Below, piece after piece: positions 52,957 to 61,593 of a DNA stretch of 64,000 nt. Under the pieces are notes generated by a model that saw only the letters and a list, made by a program, of their open reading frames with translations, was not told the DNA's origin and searched no databases. Source of the DNA: an uncultured Thermoplasmata archaeon (GTDB taxonomy: Archaea; Thermoplasmatota; Thermoplasmata; SG8-5); contig CAYHBA010000004.1 of NCBI GenBank assembly GCA_964354755.1, positions 12,644 through 76,643 on the forward strand, in the 5' to 3' direction. The first letter of the stretch is position 1. Each line of letters begins with the position of its first letter. The translations under genes and the position numbers were made by a program.

Positions 52957-54417
52957 ATGCTTATACTGAGTGAAAACACACTCAAACAGACACTATCGTT
53001 TCTGCTTCTTGGCCAGCGCGGCGGACAGAACCGCGTGCAAATCATCGAGAAGCTGCGCGAGCGCCCTTACAACCTCAACCAGCTCTCCGAACAACTTAAC
53101 CTCAACTATCGTACGATTCGTCACCACATAGATTCACTCATTAAGCACGAGTTGGTTTATACACCCAAGGAAGGCGGGTACGGAGAGGTCTACTTCATCT
53201 CGCCCGATCTCGAAGCAAACATGCAGATTTTTGAAGATGTGAAGAAAAAGCTCACCACCATCATAACCTCTCCCGGGCTTTTCCAGAGCGTGATGGAGCA
53301 GACCAATGACTCAGTCATCGTAATCGATCCCTCAAGCGAGGTAATATTCTGGAACAACGCATCTGAGAAACTCTATGGGTGGACCAGCGAGATTGTGGGC
53401 CAACCTCTTCCCATATTCACCGATGAAGGTGTGTTGAACAAGGTTCAAGCCCTGCTAGGTGAGGACAAAACCGGCGTGAGTCTAGAGATGAAGGCCACGA
53501 GCAAGTCCGGTGCCTCCATTGACGTGAACATGACATTTAGCAGCATCATCGATGATCAGAGCAACCTGATGGGATATTCGCTCATTTCGATAGACATCAC
53601 CGAGCGAAAGAAGACCCAGGATGCTGTCAAGCGGCAGGCAGCGGAGCTGGAGGCGGTCGTCCTATCTGTCGCCGAATCGATATTGATGCTTGATGGGTCT
53701 GGCACGGTGGTCGTTTCAAACCGGGCGGCGGTCGAAAGCCTCGGATTCATGCCCATCGGCATACAATACCAGGTGCTGATGTCCCGGATAGGGCTTCGGG
53801 TGGAGAGCAATCTGCCAGTAAAGGATGGTGACTCGCCGTTCGCCATCGCGCAGCAAGGTGGGAAGCTGAAAGACATGCCATATACCATCAAGGACATCCA
53901 TGGTGGCGATAGGAGCATCATCCTCTCGGCTGCGCCGGTGAAGGCTGGTGAAATTGTGACGGGAACGGTGGTGGCGTGGCACGACGTCACTGAAGAGAAG
54001 GATCGCGTCCGCGAACTCCGGGAAAGCGAGGAGAAGCACCGCGTCCTTGTCGAGAACATGGACGTTGCCTATGCGATGCATAAAATTCTAGAGAATCAGA
54101 GCGGCAAGCCGATGGATTATGTGTATCTTGAGGTGAACGATGCCTTCGAACGGCTCACCGGCCTCAAGCGGGAAAACATCCTCAACAAACGGGCGACCGA
54201 GATATTCCCTGGCATTGAAACAGCCAAACCGGATCTGATAGGCCTCTACGGGAAGGTCGCACAGGCTGGCAAGACCCTGAAATTCGAGACGAATTTCGAA
54301 CCCTTGAGGAAAAGTTACTCAATTACCGCCTTCAGCACCCGACGTGGCTTTTTCACCACTACATTCCGAGAAATTGAGAGTGTGAAGGAAAAAGCCAAGC
54401 CCAAGAACCGTAAATGA
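52957..54417 (+). CDS. ArsR-type winged-HTH regulator fused to PAS sensor domains
   Basis: RVQIIEKLRERPYNLNQLSEQLNLNYRTIRHHIDSLIKHELV, followed by PAS-like blocks (VIVIDPSSEVIFWNNASEKLYGW etc.). Confidence 0.8.
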   Translation: MLILSENTLKQTLSFLLLGQRGGQNRVQIIEKLRERPYNLNQLSEQLNLNYRTIRHHIDSLIKHELVYTPKEGGYGEVYFISPDLEANMQIFEDVKKKLTTIITSPGLFQSVMEQTNDSVIVIDPSSEVIFWNNASEKLYGWTSEIVGQPLPIFTDEGVLNKVQALLGEDKTGVSLEMKATSKSGASIDVNMTFSSIIDDQSNLMGYSLISIDITERKKTQDAVKRQAAELEAVVLSVAESILMLDGSGTVVVSNRAAVESLGFMPIGIQYQVLMSRIGLRVESNLPVKDGDSPFAIAQQGGKLKDMPYTIKDIHGGDRSIILSAAPVKAGEIVTGTVVAWHDVTEEKDRVRELRESEEKHRVLVENMDVAYAMHKILENQSGKPMDYVYLEVNDAFERLTGLKRENILNKRATEIFPGIETAKPDLIGLYGKVAQAGKTLKFETNFEPLRKSYSITAFSTRRGFFTTTFREIESVKEKAKPKNRK

Positions 54418-54468
54418 GCATAATTTGTATGTCCGGTTCGATTCGCGAATCGTGCACTAGGTTTTAAT

Positions 54469-55227
54469 CTACTTTTTTCCTCTTCCTTTTGCCTCACTCT
54501 GGCTTTTCAAGTTCTGAGTGAGAATCATCATGCCCTCGGGCACTGGCTGTATCGATATCTCAAAGGAGCCCATAGACCCGTCAGGCCAAGCGAGCTCGCC
54601 TACGATCCGCTGAGGCTTGCGTTCCTTCATGCACCGATTGAAAGTGGCAAAGAGATCAGTGCCCTCTATTCCTGGGTAGATTTCCTTTAAAGTATGACCG
54701 AATAGTTCCTCTCGGTTCCTCCGCACTTGCAACATCGCTGAATCGTTGACATAGAGGCACTTCCAGTCGAAACCGATTATCTGGCAACCTTCTATGAGGC
54801 AATCAAGCGTATCACGCAGCCTTCCCTCCACATAACTCCGCTCCTTGCGGATTTTCACTTCCCGCATCTCGCGCTCGATAGCCGACACAAGGCGCGCAAG
54901 CTTGCCCTTCATCAGGTAATCGTGCGCACCCGCCTTCATCGCTTCGACCGCGATGTCCTCCCCGATTGCGCCGGAAATGATGATGAATGGGATGTCAAGG
55001 TTGCTTTCCTGGACAGTCTCAAGCGCTCGTTTGGCGCTGAATTTCGGCATGCTGTAGTCGCAGAGAATGACGTCCCAATGCTTCTTCCAAAGCGCAGTCT
55101 TCATCGCTTTTTCCGTCTCCACACGCTCCCACTGGACTTTGTAGCCACCGCGCTCGAGTTCGTGCACCGTCATCAGGGTATCGTCCTCGGAATCCTCCAC
55201 GATTAAAACAAGGAGTTCATGTCCCAT
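54469..55227 (-). CDS. Response regulator receiver domain fused to PAS domain
   Basis: LVLIVEDSEDD...WDVILCDYSMPKF...PFIIISG...AGAHDYLMK. Confidence 0.85.
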   Translation of the reverse strand: MGHELLVLIVEDSEDDTLMTVHELERGGYKVQWERVETEKAMKTALWKKHWDVILCDYSMPKFSAKRALETVQESNLDIPFIIISGAIGEDIAVEAMKAGAHDYLMKGKLARLVSAIEREMREVKIRKERSYVEGRLRDTLDCLIEGCQIIGFDWKCLYVNDSAMLQVRRNREELFGHTLKEIYPGIEGTDLFATFNRCMKERKPQRIVGELAWPDGSMGSFEISIQPVPEGMMILTQNLKSQSEAKGRGKK

Positions 55228-55244
55228 TGCCCAATCCCCATTTC

Positions 55245-55712
55245 CTAAGTTCCCGGTTCCGGCGGTAGCTCATTGAGCATGAGCCAGTAAAGGCCAAGCT
55301 GCCGTGCCGCCTCGATAAACTGGTTGAAATCGACTGGCTTTCGTATATAACTATTGCACCCAAGCGAGTAGCCGGCGAGCACGTCCTTCTGGTCCTTGGA
55401 CGATGTCAGAATGACAACGGGGGTAAATTTCGTTCGCTCGTCGGCGCGTATCCGCCGCAGCACTTCGATGCCGTCAACTTTGGGGAGTTTGAGGTCGAGA
55501 AGGACCACCGCCGGTATGTCGTTGTGTCCTTCCATTGCACACCCATGCGGACCAAAGAAGTAGTCCAGCGCCTCAGCACCATCGCGCACTACGACGATAT
55601 CGTTCAAAATAGCGTTCTTCTTGAACGCACGCAATGTCAGTTCCACATCGTCCGGGTTGTCCTCAACCAGGAGAATTTTCCTACTTTTCATCTTTCCACT
55701 CATTCTATCCAC
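55245..55712 (-). CDS. CheY-like single-domain response regulator
   Basis: KILLVEDNPDDVEL...VVLLDLKLPKVDG...PVVILTSS...GCNSYIRKP. Overlaps the kinase gene by 8 nt. Confidence 0.9.
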   Translation of the reverse strand: MDRMSGKMKSRKILLVEDNPDDVELTLRAFKKNAILNDIVVVRDGAEALDYFFGPHGCAMEGHNDIPAVVLLDLKLPKVDGIEVLRRIRADERTKFTPVVILTSSKDQKDVLAGYSLGCNSYIRKPVDFNQFIEAARQLGLYWLMLNELPPEPGT

Positions 55713-57294
55713 CTATATCTCCATCATCGTTCAAGGTAAAAAAGATTGTGGCGCCCTTTTCGATTGCCCCTTCCGCCCATATCTTTCCACCATGGCGGAT
55801 GACTATGCGCTGTGACGTCGCCAGCCCAATGCCAGTGCCGGGAAATTCATCGGCCGTATGCAGGCGATTGAAGGGGCTGAAAAGCTTGCTGACGTAGGTC
55901 ATATCGAATCCAGCTCCGTCGTCCTTGACGTAATAAACTGTTCGGCTTTTTTCGACCATCGAACCGAACTCAATGCGCGCGGAAGAGTGTCGGGTCGTGT
56001 ACTTCCACGCATTGCCTAAAAGATTCTCCAGAAGTATCCGAAGCAGATTCGGGTCACCATCGACGATAAGCCCGTCGGTAACCTTGAAGTCCACCAGACG
56101 GTCGGGTTGCGTGCATTGCTGTTCATTCATAACGGTCGAGGCAATTAGGCTGAGATTGACCGTTTGATATTTCATTCCCATACGTGTGATGCGCGAAAGT
56201 TTAAGCATATCGTCGATCAGTTGCGCCATGCGCTGGCTCGCCTTCCGTATACGCTGCAGGTAATCCTTACCAGTAGCATCCAATTTGCCGTCATAGTCCT
56301 CGAGCAAGGCCATGGAAAAACCGTCGAGGGAGCGTAACGGAGCGCGCAAATCATGCGACACGGAGTAAGCGAACGCTTCCAGTTCCTTGTTCACAGCTTC
56401 GAGTTCGGTACTCCGGCGGGCCAGCACTTCACGGGACGCCTTAAGCGCGAGTTCCACCGCCTTCCGCTCGGTGATATCCTCGATGGCCAGGAGAATGATG
56501 CGTTCTTTTCCCAACCCTCTTTGAATTTGTCGCGCATTCAAAAGCATGATGCGCCTGCCAATGGTGGTAAAATCGTGCTCAACTTCATAATTATCAAAGG
56601 TTGTCTTTTGGGGAAGGATGGTTTCCAACAGTTCCCGCAGTTTGGGAATGTCCCACTGATGATTTCCCAGGTCGTAGATAAGTTGGCCCACAGTTTCTTG
56701 AGGATTTACCATAAATACTCTATAGAAAGCCCGGCTGGCCGAGACTACTTTTAAATCTTGGTCCAGAACGATTAATGGTTCACGAATCGTATTAATGGTG
56801 CTGTCGGCATATTCCAGAGCATCATCTGCGGATTTTTTAATGACTTCCAGTTCTATTCGTGTCTTTTCCAGGCCGGCTTCTATCTCCTTCCGCTCGGTGA
56901 TATCCTCGATGGCCAGGAGGATGATGCGTTCTTTTCCCAATCCTCTTTGAATTTGTCGGGCATTCAAAAGCATGATGCGCCTGCCAATGGTGGCAAAATC
57001 ATGTTCAACTTCATAATTATCAAAAGTTGTCTTTTGGGGCAGGATGTCTTCCAGCAGTTCCCGCAGTTTGGGGATGTCCCACTGATGATTTCCCAGGTGA
57101 TAAATAAGCTGGCCCACGGTCTCTTCGTTCTTTACCTTAAAGACTTCATAGAAGGAACGACTAGCTGAAACTACTTTTAAATCTTGGTCCAGAACGATCA
57201 AGGGTTCGCGCACTGTGTTGATTATGCTCTCGGAGTATTCACTGACAACCATCATCGGCTTTACTTTTTCGGTTATATCGCTGAGATCGCCCAT
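55705..57294 (-). CDS. Sensor histidine kinase with two tandem near-identical PAS domains
   Basis: H-box FAYSVSHDLRAPLRSL. ATPase G-box FPGTGIGLATSQRIVIRHGGKIWAEG. Two REPLIVLDQDLKVVSASR...DITERK modules. Confidence 0.9.
   Translation of the reverse strand: MGDLSDITEKVKPMMVVSEYSESIINTVREPLIVLDQDLKVVSASRSFYEVFKVKNEETVGQLIYHLGNHQWDIPKLRELLEDILPQKTTFDNYEVEHDFATIGRRIMLLNARQIQRGLGKERIILLAIEDITERKEIEAGLEKTRIELEVIKKSADDALEYADSTINTIREPLIVLDQDLKVVSASRAFYRVFMVNPQETVGQLIYDLGNHQWDIPKLRELLETILPQKTTFDNYEVEHDFTTIGRRIMLLNARQIQRGLGKERIILLAIEDITERKAVELALKASREVLARRSTELEAVNKELEAFAYSVSHDLRAPLRSLDGFSMALLEDYDGKLDATGKDYLQRIRKASQRMAQLIDDMLKLSRITRMGMKYQTVNLSLIASTVMNEQQCTQPDRLVDFKVTDGLIVDGDPNLLRILLENLLGNAWKYTTRHSSARIEFGSMVEKSRTVYYVKDDGAGFDMTYVSKLFSPFNRLHTADEFPGTGIGLATSQRIVIRHGGKIWAEGAIEKGATIFFTLNDDGDIGG
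56461..57225 (-). repeat. Internal tandem duplication (period 426 nt) encoding two ~90% identical PAS modules
   Basis: Kinase aa 24-136 versus aa 166-278. Confidence 0.8.
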
Positions 57295-57490
57295 AAAACA
57301 TGAGAGACGGAGCCCTGATAAAACTCTTTCGACCTCTCACATAGTGCGTTAGCAGTCAAGATAAACGCAACTTATATTCAAATTTGTATCTAATCTTCCA
57401 CAAAACCGTTAGTGATGTTGAAATAACTAACTATACCGACAGGCTTATTCCATTTATATGAACGAGGAATAAAGCAATTGGAGGAATAAA

Positions 57491-57817
57491 ATGAAAACTA
57501 TAACGACATTTGGACTAATATGTGCGCTTGCCCCGTCATATAACAAGACGGACAAGAAGGAGAACCACAAGGCCGCCAAGATCGGCAAGAAACTCGGCGC
57601 AACCGTGGAGAATGCAGGTCACGAGATAATGGTGGCTGGCAAGAAATCGGGTTCCTTGATTATCGATGAAGCAAAGGAGTTCAGCGAAGCTGTGTCTGAC
57701 GCAGGTCATGACATGATGGTGGCTGGCAAGAAGGCCGGTCACGAGATAGCTGAGCAGGTCAAGGAAGCCGAAGAGAAAACAGAGAGGTTCTTCCACAAAG
57801 AAGAATCAGATAAGTAA
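57491..57817 (+). CDS. Small Lys/Glu-rich hypothetical protein with AGHE(I/M)MVAGKK repeats
   Basis: 108-aa ORF with GGAGG 6 nt upstream. Internal repeat GHEIMVAGKKSG / GHDMMVAGKKAG. Confidence 0.45.
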   Translation: MKTITTFGLICALAPSYNKTDKKENHKAAKIGKKLGATVENAGHEIMVAGKKSGSLIIDEAKEFSEAVSDAGHDMMVAGKKAGHEIAEQVKEAEEKTERFFHKEESDK

Positions 57818-57819
57818 AG

Positions 57820-58170
57820 ATGGAGGTAAAAAACATGACAGACATTTTGATATCAACGATAATATACTTCCTTATCGCACTGGCCATTTCGGCCATCATC
57901 ATTTACGCGATAACGAAGCTGTTCGGAGAAAGAGAAGGCATAGGGACAGCCATATTGGCGGCCCTGGTCGGAGCATTAGTGTACGCCCTGGCATACTATT
58001 TCCTGGGCGACGGACTATTATCTGCCTTGCTGGCCGGTATTGTCTGGACGCTTGCCCTGGGAAGCCTGTACAACATGAGCTGGTTAAAGGCGATCGGAAC
58101 GGCAGCAATAGTCTGGATTGTCGCGATAGTCGTCGGGATATTCCTGCCCACTATGGGGGGGCCCCTGTAA
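57820..58170 (+). CDS. Hypothetical membrane protein
   Basis: 116 aa with 3-4 hydrophobic helices. Begins 2 nt after the previous stop. Confidence 0.5.
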   Translation: MEVKNMTDILISTIIYFLIALAISAIIIYAITKLFGEREGIGTAILAALVGALVYALAYYFLGDGLLSALLAGIVWTLALGSLYNMSWLKAIGTAAIVWIVAIVVGIFLPTMGGPL

Positions 58171-58198
58171 GATAATAACAAGAAGGAGGTGATGTACA

Positions 58199-58381
58199 AT
58201 GGTAACAATCTCAATGGACTGGTCAAAAATTTCCTTGCTCTCCGTAATAGCATTCCTGGTTGGCTGGTTAATATTCGGCCTATTATGGGCTGTAGTATTG
58301 ACAATTGTAGTTCTAGTGCTGATGGGAACAATTAAAATAAAGAGCGGAAGCGACGAGAAGCAGAAGCATCCCCAGGTTTAA
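58199..58381 (+). CDS. Small hypothetical membrane protein
   Basis: 60 aa with two hydrophobic helices and AGGAGG upstream. Confidence 0.35.
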   Translation: MVTISMDWSKISLLSVIAFLVGWLIFGLLWAVVLTIVVLVLMGTIKIKSGSDEKQKHPQV

Positions 58382-58662
58382 GAAAAGAACAATGGTTTCG
58401 GGGCTCATCATCCAAGATGGTGGCTCGGAAACCAAATTTTTTTTATTTCTTTTGATTATAAATCATTCAGAACCGCTTTCTTCATATTTGCCCTGGAAAT
58501 CGCGACCGGATTTACACCTAATCCTGCCTTGAATTGCCTATGATTTTGAAATAACAGTATAGTGCCCGAGGCATATCTTGAATTAAGCAACATTCGGGAA
58601 AGTGTGAAATTAACACTTGTTAAGGATGATAGTAAGAAGAAACAGAATGGAGGTTAGATAAA

Positions 58663-60888
58663 ATGACAATAAAAAATGAATATGGAAAAGAAAGTATGAG
58701 TGTGGGCTATGCGGATGAAAAAAGTATGGGCGGAAATCGCTCGGTTGCCAATCACGGAAGGTCGGCACCCCCCGTTGGATCAAGACTTGGGAAAGGAGCG
58801 GGCTGTGCTCGATATTGGTCTGCGCTCTTCATTTCAATGATGTTTATTATTGGCGCCTTCGCGATAATCCCCGCCCAAGCAGCAGGTCCGGCGACAGTGA
58901 ACCTTGGAACAGCCGGCGATTTCGTAGTCCTGGCCAAAACCGGGATATCAACCACGGGAACCACCCATATTACTGGCGACATTGGTGTCAGTCCAGTCGC
59001 TGCAACATACATAACCGGATTTGGATTGACGAAGGTCGGCGCATATGCGACATCATCTTTAGTCACCGGAAAGGTATATGCAGCTGACTATGCTCCCCCG
59101 ACTCCGGCTAAAATGACTACGGCTGTAGGCGATATGGGGACTGCATACACCGACGCAGCTGGACGGACATTGCCAGATTATACCGAACTGTACGCCGGAG
59201 ACTTGACCGGGAAGACCCTCACACCTGGCCTCTATAAATGGGGCACCGGGGTCCTGATATCTGCCGGCGGGGTCACCATCTCGGGCGCCGCAAGCGATGT
59301 GTGGATCTTCCAGATTGCGCAGACCCTAAAGTTGGCCAACAACGCCAAGGTCACCCTAATCGGCGGCGCGCAGGCTTCCCACATCTTCTGGCAGGTCGCA
59401 AGCCAAGTTACGCTTGGAACGACGGCGGCCATGAAGGGAATCATATTGTGCAAAACACTGATTGCGATGAATACAGGCGCGACGCTGGAGGGTAGGGCAT
59501 TGTCACAGACTGCAGTAACATTAAATGCCAATACCGTCACCATCTCGGTGATTGCAGACATCGCTGCCCCCACGGTGAGTTCCACCATTCCGGCTAATGC
59601 GGCCACTGGTGTGTCAGTCAACAGCGCAATGGCCGCCACATTCAATGAGGCGATGAATCCCATAACGATAAACACCACCACATTTACCTTGACGCAGGGA
59701 GTTACGTCTGTTTCAGGAACCGTGACTTATACTGGCGTCACCGCGACCTTTACGCCAGCTGCCAATCTCGCATCCAGCACCGTGTATACAGCTACGATTA
59801 CCACCGGAGCCAAAGACATGGCGGGCAATGCAATAGCAAGTAACTATGCATGGAGCTTTACCACAGGTGCGGTTTCAGACACTACCGCCCCCACGGTGAG
59901 TTCCACCGTGCCGACTAACGCCGCCACGGGTGTGGCAATCGACAGTGAAATGGACGCCACCTTCAGTGAGGCCATAAATCACATAACGATAACCACCGCC
60001 ACATTCACCCTGAAGCAGGGAGCAACGTCTGTTTCCGGAGCTGTGACTTACGCTGGCGTCAAGGCGACCTTCACACCGATAGCCGATCTCGCAACCAGCA
60101 CCGCATACACTGCCACGATCACCACTGGCGCCAAAGACCTGGCGGGCAATGCAATGGCAAGTAACTATGTATGGAGCTTTACCACAGCTAGTGCGGCATC
60201 AGACATCACCGCACCCACGGTAAGTTCCACCATCCCGGCCAATGCTGCTACGGGCGTGGCAGTCAACGGCGCAATAACCGCAACCTTCAGCGAGGCTATA
60301 AATCCCATAACGATAACTACTGCCACTTTTACCTTGAAGCATGGTGTTACGGCTGTTTCAGGTGCAGTGACCTATACTGGCACCACAGCGACCTTTACGC
60401 CGGCAGCCAATCTCGCATCAAGCACAGTGTATACTGCGACGATAACCACTGGGACCAAGGATATTGCTGGCAATGCAATGGCAAGTAACCACATATGGAG
60501 CTTTACCACGGGTACTGCATCATCATCTACCGGAACAATCAGTGGCAGGCTCGTTGATAATGATGGCAACCCTGTTGCGAACGCGACAGTTTCTCTTGGA
60601 AATACTGGAATGGATACAATCACCGATGCCAACGGGAACTACTCCTTCTCTGGTGTCGAGCCGGGTACGTACTCAGTCGGGTTCAACGCAACTGGCTACG
60701 AACCAAGCGCTGCAACGAGTACTGTCAATTCCGGCCAAACAACCACTGTGCCAGACACTGTAATATCTCCGGATGACAGCGGGGTCGGCAACCTGTTGTG
60801 GATATTCGGTGCAATCGCAGTTGCCTTGGCGGCCGTGCTCATCGGTTGGAAGCTGATGATCCAAAGAAAGAAGGACAAGCCTGCATAA
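58663..60888 (+). CDS. Surface protein with DUF3494 ice-binding-like domain, three Big_5/SbsA-type Ig repeats, CarboxypepD_reg-like domain and C-terminal TM anchor
   Basis: NLGTAGDFVVLAKTGISTTGTTHITGDIGVSP...TLTPGLYKWGTGV...IFWQVASQVTLGT...LEGRALSQTAVTL is a DUF3494 signature. Three ~107-aa repeats APTVSST(I/V)P(A/T)NAATGV.... TM LLWIFGAIAVALAAVLIGW. The true start may be downstream of 58663. Confidence 0.85.
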   Translation: MTIKNEYGKESMSVGYADEKSMGGNRSVANHGRSAPPVGSRLGKGAGCARYWSALFISMMFIIGAFAIIPAQAAGPATVNLGTAGDFVVLAKTGISTTGTTHITGDIGVSPVAATYITGFGLTKVGAYATSSLVTGKVYAADYAPPTPAKMTTAVGDMGTAYTDAAGRTLPDYTELYAGDLTGKTLTPGLYKWGTGVLISAGGVTISGAASDVWIFQIAQTLKLANNAKVTLIGGAQASHIFWQVASQVTLGTTAAMKGIILCKTLIAMNTGATLEGRALSQTAVTLNANTVTISVIADIAAPTVSSTIPANAATGVSVNSAMAATFNEAMNPITINTTTFTLTQGVTSVSGTVTYTGVTATFTPAANLASSTVYTATITTGAKDMAGNAIASNYAWSFTTGAVSDTTAPTVSSTVPTNAATGVAIDSEMDATFSEAINHITITTATFTLKQGATSVSGAVTYAGVKATFTPIADLATSTAYTATITTGAKDLAGNAMASNYVWSFTTASAASDITAPTVSSTIPANAATGVAVNGAITATFSEAINPITITTATFTLKHGVTAVSGAVTYTGTTATFTPAANLASSTVYTATITTGTKDIAGNAMASNHIWSFTTGTASSSTGTISGRLVDNDGNPVANATVSLGNTGMDTITDANGNYSFSGVEPGTYSVGFNATGYEPSAATSTVNSGQTTTVPDTVISPDDSGVGNLLWIFGAIAVALAAVLIGWKLMIQRKKDKPA
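59557..60526 (+). repeat. Three tandem ~322-bp repeats encoding Big_5/SbsA-like Ig domains
   Basis: Repeat starts at 59557, 59878 and 60202 (GAC(A/T)(T/C).GC(T/C)CCCACGGT(G/A)AGTTCCACC...). Confidence 0.85.
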
Positions 60889-60925
60889 AACAAAATGAAT
60901 GAAAGCGGTCAAGTCGATCGCTTTT

Positions 60926-60963
60926 GCCAGGGCAGTAATCTATGCCCTGGCAATATATTTTTT
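60926..60963 (+). terminator. Hairpin plus T6 after DUF3494 gene
   Basis: GCCAGGGC-n10-GCCCTGGC, then CAATATATTTTTT. Confidence 0.5.
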
Positions 60964-61207
60964 ATGGATATTCAACTAAGGTGCGAGGATTCTTCTTGTG
61001 GTGATTCGGTCCACCTTTACTTCAAATTAACCAAGTTCGAGGGATATTATCTGAATTAATGGGTTTATACAGTCATACAACATCGGAAAAGTGAATGCTC
61101 CAAGCTGGCCACCTCGTGAAAGTGGGCCCCAAGGGATTCGATTCTGTCGCAAATGAATCCTTATGCATATAATTTCTATATCGATGATGATTATTGGGGT
61201 GACATCT

Positions 61208-61528
61208 ATGCCGAAGAAACTGCTCTTCGTCTGCAACCAGGGCCAAAATAGGTCACGTACAGGGGCCGAAATGTATGCCCAGAAAGGGTATGTGACCGAT
61301 TACGCCGGCATTTACTCGGACACCAGGCCGCTCACAGCGGAGATGCTGGAATGGGCAGACATGGTGTTCGTTTTCGAGCGGGACCAGCTGGACGTTATTA
61401 AAGCCAGGTGGCCGGACCTGGCCTTCGCCAAGCCCATCGTCGACCTTGAAGTGAGGAATTACTACTGCCACGGGGACCCAGAGCTCAAAGCCATCATCAG
61501 GAAGGGCGCGGACAGGCACATGGGCTAG
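61208..61528 (+). CDS. Low-molecular-weight phosphotyrosine phosphatase-like protein
   Basis: MPKKLLFVCNQGQNRSRTGAEMY fits the CX5R(S/T) P-loop. The ORF is open from 61163. Confidence 0.6.
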   Translation: MPKKLLFVCNQGQNRSRTGAEMYAQKGYVTDYAGIYSDTRPLTAEMLEWADMVFVFERDQLDVIKARWPDLAFAKPIVDLEVRNYYCHGDPELKAIIRKGADRHMG

Positions 61529-61593
61529 GGCCCCTCGCCAGGCCTGCCCCCTTCCTTGGCCCACTGCCCCTGTTCAGGAAGTATTGAGCGCGG

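Noticed and set aside
58663-59560. Calling the DUF3494 protein an antifreeze / cold-adaptation marker
   Set aside because: Family membership alone does not establish ice binding. Many DUF3494 proteins occur in non-cold organisms, so it is kept as 'ice-binding-like'.
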